A stretch of 20,000 nt of DNA from assembly GCA_963848135.1 (NCBI GenBank), contig CAWKCK010000002.1, forward strand, positions 489,684-509,683. The letters run 5' to 3'. Positions 15,744 through 20,000 of this stretch are shown here, one piece after another. Under the pieces are notes generated by a model. The model was not told the DNA's origin, ran no database searches, and saw only the letters and a list, made by a program, of their open reading frames with translations. Position numbers and translations under genes: made by a program. The DNA comes from an uncultured delta proteobacterium (GTDB lineage Bacteria; Desulfobacterota; Desulfobacteria; Desulfobacterales; SG8-13). The number at the start of each line of letters is the position of its first letter. The first letter of the stretch is position 1.

Positions 15744-17449
15744 GGTTGCTCCAGCAGTTTCTTTATCTTCTCCTCTATTACCGGTCGATCCTTGTGTTTC
15801 TTTTCTAATGACCGCTCATATGCCTGGCGGGCGTTCTTCCTGTCTCTGGCTTTAAAGTACGCGTCACCAAGGTGCTCAAGGATAATCGGATCATCCGGTA
15901 CGAGTTCAACCGCTTTTTTAAGTGTTTCCAGAGCCTTGGCATAGTTGCCCTTTTTGTAGTAGACCCACCCGAGGCTATCGGTAATGTAACCGTCGTCGGG
16001 CTTATATTTGAGGGCTTCTTTGACTAACCGCTCGGCCTCATCCAGGTTTTTACCGAGATCGGCATATGTATACCCGAGATAGTTCAAGGCATTGGCATCC
16101 TCTGGATCGAGTTTGATGACGGTCTTCATGGCTGTAATCGAGTCTTCTTTGCGACCCCATTTGTCATAAACAACCCCTAATCGGAAGTAGTATTTGGGAT
16201 CCTCCGAATTGATCTGTATCGCTCGTTGTAACAGCTGCTCCGCTTTATCATACTCTTCACTATCTTCGTAGAATGTACCGAGGTAATACAAGAATTCCGC
16301 ATTATCCGGGTACTTTTTAATTACTTCCTCCATCAGATCGACAGATTCCTGCATCTGCCCCTTCTCGCGATAAAGAAAAGCCAGATGAACCACAGCATCC
16401 TGGTAGAAGCGGGATTGCGGCGTTACTTTTGAAAAGTGCGCCAAGGCCTTGTCAGGGTCCTTAATACCATAGTATGCAACTCCGGCAATATGGTGAAGGT
16501 CGGGGTTGTCCGGTGCGCCTTTTAGGAGTCCTTCCACTACGATAATGGCGTCTTGATACCTGTCAGGTTCGAGATAGGTCTGGATGACTTTAAGAACGAC
16601 ATCGAATTCATTACTGCTTCTGAGGCCCAAATCCTGAAAAGTCTTTTCAGCATCCTTCCGCCGCCCTTCCTTCCAATAGATTAGGCCAAGCTCGAGCGCT
16701 GCGCGTATATTTAAGGGGTTCTTTTTTAGTATGTCTTCGTAAGTACGGACGATAATGTCGGTTTTACCCTGGTCTTTATAGAGTTCGAGAAGTTCGAAGC
16801 GAGGTTCGAGCAGAGAGGGTTCGATCTCCAGAGCTTTCTTAAACGCCTGTTCAGCTTGGGCATCCAGGCCCTGCTCGGCGTAAATTTTACCCAGAAACAA
16901 ATTCCCCGTATACGAATCGGGAAAGTTTTTGACCAGTTCTTCGAATACCCCGCGAGCGTCCTCAATACGATTTTCGCGCAGATAAATGCCGCCGAGGAGC
17001 AAATAGGCGTTTTGTTGGCTTTGGTCGATCGCGATTACTTTTTTGTATGCCCGGATAGCATCGTCGAGTTGGCCCTGAGATTGACGAATTCGACCGTACA
17101 GGATCAGCATCTCCACATCTTCCGGATAATCTTTTAAAATATCCTCGATGACGGACAATGCGCTCTGTTGATCCTTCAACTGGACAAATTCCATGGCGAT
17201 CTCTTTTTTCAAGTAGAGCGATTCCGGATCGAGTTCAATGGCTTTTTCCAGCAATGCCGCCGCCTGCTCCCTCTCGCCGTTCTGTTTCGCCAGCTGTGCT
17301 TCGGTGTAGTAATAATATGCATTATCGGGCCGATCGATCTCAGCGGTCTGCACCCTCTCCCTGCGGTGCGGGCCTTCTGTGGTAGCGCACCCTATTATTA
17401 ATGCCCCGGCTATTGTAGCAGCGGCCAGCCGCTGTAGTAATTGTCGCAT
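15740..17449 (-). CDS. Tetratricopeptide-repeat lipoprotein
   Basis: Lipobox LIIGC; many TPRs; conserved C-terminal NALNYLGYTYAD, GYITDSLGWVYYK and ILEHLGD motifs. Confidence 0.92.
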   Translation of the reverse strand: MRQLLQRLAAATIAGALIIGCATTEGPHRRERVQTAEIDRPDNAYYYYTEAQLAKQNGEREQAAALLEKAIELDPESLYLKKEIAMEFVQLKDQQSALSVIEDILKDYPEDVEMLILYGRIRQSQGQLDDAIRAYKKVIAIDQSQQNAYLLLGGIYLRENRIEDARGVFEELVKNFPDSYTGNLFLGKIYAEQGLDAQAEQAFKKALEIEPSLLEPRFELLELYKDQGKTDIIVRTYEDILKKNPLNIRAALELGLIYWKEGRRKDAEKTFQDLGLRSSNEFDVVLKVIQTYLEPDRYQDAIIVVEGLLKGAPDNPDLHHIAGVAYYGIKDPDKALAHFSKVTPQSRFYQDAVVHLAFLYREKGQMQESVDLMEEVIKKYPDNAEFLYYLGTFYEDSEEYDKAEQLLQRAIQINSEDPKYYFRLGVVYDKWGRKEDSITAMKTVIKLDPEDANALNYLGYTYADLGKNLDEAERLVKEALKYKPDDGYITDSLGWVYYKKGNYAKALETLKKAVELVPDDPIILEHLGDAYFKARDRKNARQAYERSLEKKHKDRPVIEEKIKKLLEQP

Positions 17450-17506
17450 GAATCCATTGCCTGTTTGATTGGGTTGTAGGGTTAAGATGGCAATCCGTTG
17501 CCAAGG

Positions 17507-18490
17507 TCAGTCGGCAGTACTTTCTTCGGTATAGGAAGCAAAATCGGGTATTTCCTTTTTAAAAAACTCCCGCATCTTTTTAACGATGTTCTTTTCTACC
17601 TGCCGAACACGTTCTCGGGAGATCCCGTATCGATCGCCAATCTCCTGCAGGGTCACCGGATTGTCGGAAAAAATTCGCAGGTCGAATATTTCTTTCTCTC
17701 GGGGTGTCATTTTTTTCCGAAACTCGGCAATCTTGTTATGCAACAGCGCTTCGATCTCTTTTTTTGCAACCTTATCTTCGATCGATTCGGTAGTGGTGCT
17801 CAGAAACTCAATGCGCTCCGTATCAGAATCGTCTTTGAAAGGCGCATCCAGCGAAAGATCCCATCCGTCGAGGCGCTGGTCCATGTCCACGATTTCTTTT
17901 TCAGAAACGCCGAGGCGTTCCGAGAGCAATTTCGGTTTGGGGTCAAACCCCTGGTCGATGAGCTTTTGTTTTTCCTTTTTCAGTTTGAAAAAGAGTTTTC
18001 GTTGCCCTTGGGTGGTTCCGATCTTCACCAATCGCCAGTTGTCCATGATAAATTTCAGAATGTATGCTTTTATCCAAAATGACGCATAGTAGGAAAACTT
18101 GACGTTTTTATAGGGATCGAATTTACGCACGGCCTGCATGAGACCGATGTTGCCTTCCTGAATCAAGTCCAGCAAGTTCTGCATCCATACTCTCTGGAAT
18201 TCCAAGGCGATTTTCACCACCAGCCTTAAATTGGAAGTCACCAAAGCATACGCGGCCTCTCGATCGCCATATTCCTGAACGCGAATACCGTATTCTTTTT
18301 CCTCTTCGCGTGTCAGCAGTCTATAGCGGCTGATTTCAGTCAAGTACCGTTGGAGAGGATCATACTTGGCCAAAGCCTTATCGGCGGAATGCCCTCCCGC
18401 CGGTGGTTTCTGCCGGTTGTCTATCGGTTTGAGAGGCTTTTTAGGTTTTTTGTATTCCGTTTTCTTCTCGGTCTTATTTTGCTTGCTCAT
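17507..18490 (-). CDS. rpoH: RNA polymerase sigma-32 factor
   Basis: Region 2 NLRLVVKIA, DLIQEGNIGLMQAV, FSYYASFWIKA; RpoH box QRKLFFKLKK; region 4 TLQEIGDRYGISRERVRQVE. ATG 18490 is preferred over the track's start at 18526. Confidence 0.93.
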   Translation of the reverse strand: MSKQNKTEKKTEYKKPKKPLKPIDNRQKPPAGGHSADKALAKYDPLQRYLTEISRYRLLTREEEKEYGIRVQEYGDREAAYALVTSNLRLVVKIALEFQRVWMQNLLDLIQEGNIGLMQAVRKFDPYKNVKFSYYASFWIKAYILKFIMDNWRLVKIGTTQGQRKLFFKLKKEKQKLIDQGFDPKPKLLSERLGVSEKEIVDMDQRLDGWDLSLDAPFKDDSDTERIEFLSTTTESIEDKVAKKEIEALLHNKIAEFRKKMTPREKEIFDLRIFSDNPVTLQEIGDRYGISRERVRQVEKNIVKKMREFFKKEIPDFASYTEESTAD

Positions 18491-18692
18491 TTGGTCCGCC
18501 TTGCTACGAATAGTCCGGGTTAACAATGCTGAACGACAGGTTGGATAATTTTCTACCCTTGTATTATTCAGGTGACGCTATTCGTGAAATTTCGGCTTCT
18601 CCTCATCTCGAACGGTTTGAGGCCGCTCATCAAATTGATCTTTTTATTGTGGACATCAAATGGTTCTTATGCTAAGCACCCTCTGGACTTGT

Positions 18693-18769
<77 letters not shown>

Positions 18770-19063
18770 TATTCGGTTCGGCAAATGTTGAAAGAATATC
18801 GGAGTTTTTATACAAAGGCATGTGGTGTCGCTGCGTATAGATTCACTCCCCATAACGATCGTTAGCCTCCGATTGGATATGTTGCGTGCAAATCTTATTT
18901 ACTAACAGGTATCGATTTGAACTACAAGGGCTATTTTCGCAATAAACCGCTACACAGCCATCGGTCGATCCGCCGATTTTCATAACGACCGGCGGCTGAC
19001 TGAAAGCCCGTGGACGACAAATCCGATCCCCAACCCCGGTTATGCATCAGTGGAAAATATGAC

Positions 19064-19264
19064 ATGGGATTGTTGAAGAACTTATTGATCCTTTGTTGCA
19101 CCCTGCTGGTTGCCATCACCCTCGGCAACCTTTTTATGCGCGAAGTTGTAAAAGCGCGCGATAACCAATCTCCCTGGTATACTCCTTATTTCACCCTGCC
19201 CGGCCTTACGGTGCTGGCCGCTGTTCTGGGTGCACCCTTAGTTATTTGGTTGATCAGAAAATAA
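19064..19264 (+). CDS. Small two-TM hypothetical membrane protein (66 aa)
   Basis: From ATG 19064: two hydrophobic helices flanking LGNLFMREVVKARDNQSPWYTPYFTLPG; composition resembles neighbouring genes. Confidence 0.65.
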   Translation: MGLLKNLLILCCTLLVAITLGNLFMREVVKARDNQSPWYTPYFTLPGLTVLAAVLGAPLVIWLIRK

Positions 19265-19510
19265 TTTCCGTTTTTTGCGCTTAGAAAAAAAACGGTCAAG
19301 GGTGCACATGACGATAAAAGGCGCTTCGATTAAAAACTCCATTAAAAAACCAAAAACAATCAAAATTAAAATACAGGGTAACTCCAATAAATAATATTCT
19401 ATCTTTCCTTTCATGCTGCTCCCGAGTCGAAATCCGCCTGGTGATGTCATAACCTTATTTCAACAGATATCACAGGCTGATTCAAAAATACATTATGATA
19501 TCATGCTGCC

Positions 19511-19539
19511 TTGCTTTACTTTTTATCAAATGTTAACAT
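19511..19539 (+). promoter_or_regulatory. Candidate promoter for nagZ
   Basis: TTGCTT, 17-nt spacer, TAACAT with an extended -10 TG. Confidence 0.45.
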
Positions 19540-19634
19540 ACTGTATTTATTGTCTTAAGATATCTGTCATCATTCAGCGGCCCCGATCTTGAACGGAATT
19601 AACAGTGATGCACCAGCGGAAAAGAGGATCTATG

Positions 19635-20000
19635 ATGGCTAAACCCTTGAGCGACCAGCAACTTGCCGGTCAAAGACTGATGGTCGGCTTTGACGGCACG
19701 GCTTTCAACAGCGACCTGCAATTCCTTATCGAACAGCTTCAGGTCGGTGGTGTTATTCTCTTTACCCGCAATATCCTCGATCCGCGACAATTGCAGAACC
19801 TCTGCGCAGATATTCAGCGATGCGGCCATCGGTCGGGTCAGCCGCCCCTTTGCATCGCCATAGATCAAGAGGGTGGTGATGTCGCCAGGCTAAAAAAACC
19901 GTTTACCCAACTCCCGGGTGCCTCTCAAATGAAAAACGAAGCGGACGCCGCCGAATTTGTCCGCATTACGGCAGCCGAATTGCGCTCCGCCGGTGTCAAC
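19635..20000 (+). CDS. nagZ: GH3 beta-N-acetylhexosaminidase; runs off the right edge of the window
   Basis: Hand translation: AGAGGA RBS, MAKPLSDQQLAGQRLMVGFDG...VGGVILFTRNI...IAIDQEGGDVARL...AELRSAGVN. Alternative ATG at 19632. Confidence 0.92.
   Translation, partial: MAKPLSDQQLAGQRLMVGFDGTAFNSDLQFLIEQLQVGGVILFTRNILDPRQLQNLCADIQRCGHRSGQPPLCIAIDQEGGDVARLKKPFTQLPGASQMKNEADAAEFVRITAAELRSAGVN

Noticed and set aside
10240..18089. Opposite-strand ORFs within the protease, cinA, lipoprotein, TPR and rpoH genes
   Set aside because: Shadow frames of well-supported genes.
18770..19060. Island integrated at tRNA-Arg
   Set aside because: No integrase or att repeat, and housekeeping nagZ follows within 1 kb.
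19599..19868. 89-aa minus-strand ORF
   Set aside because: Antisense to nagZ.

Overview
Bacterial chromosomal window with gene content and order typical of a sulfate-reducing deltaproteobacterium (Desulfobacterales-like; this is an inference). Left to right: a partial M20 peptidase T-like gene (-), tRNA-Sec (selC), an AT-rich islet of about 2.3 kb with a GT87/GT-C-like membrane glycosyltransferase and a convergent pseudogene remnant, feoB/feoA (-), an EamA transporter (-), rlmD (-), and an alpha/beta hydrolase (+). These are followed by an SPFH protein (+) overlapping a 1139-aa protein, then cinA, a LolB-like lipoprotein, a TPR lipoprotein and rpoH (all -), tRNA-Arg(UCU), a small membrane protein, and a partial nagZ (+). 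The stand-out is the 9241-13603 pair. The large protein fuses two classic-clade (Cdc48/p97-like) AAA modules to a Lon-type Ser-Lys protease domain and is translationally coupled to a membrane SPFH protein, making it a candidate undescribed membrane-associated ATP-dependent protease system. Also notable are a promoter-plus-terminator leader upstream of feoAB and the eroded selC islet.
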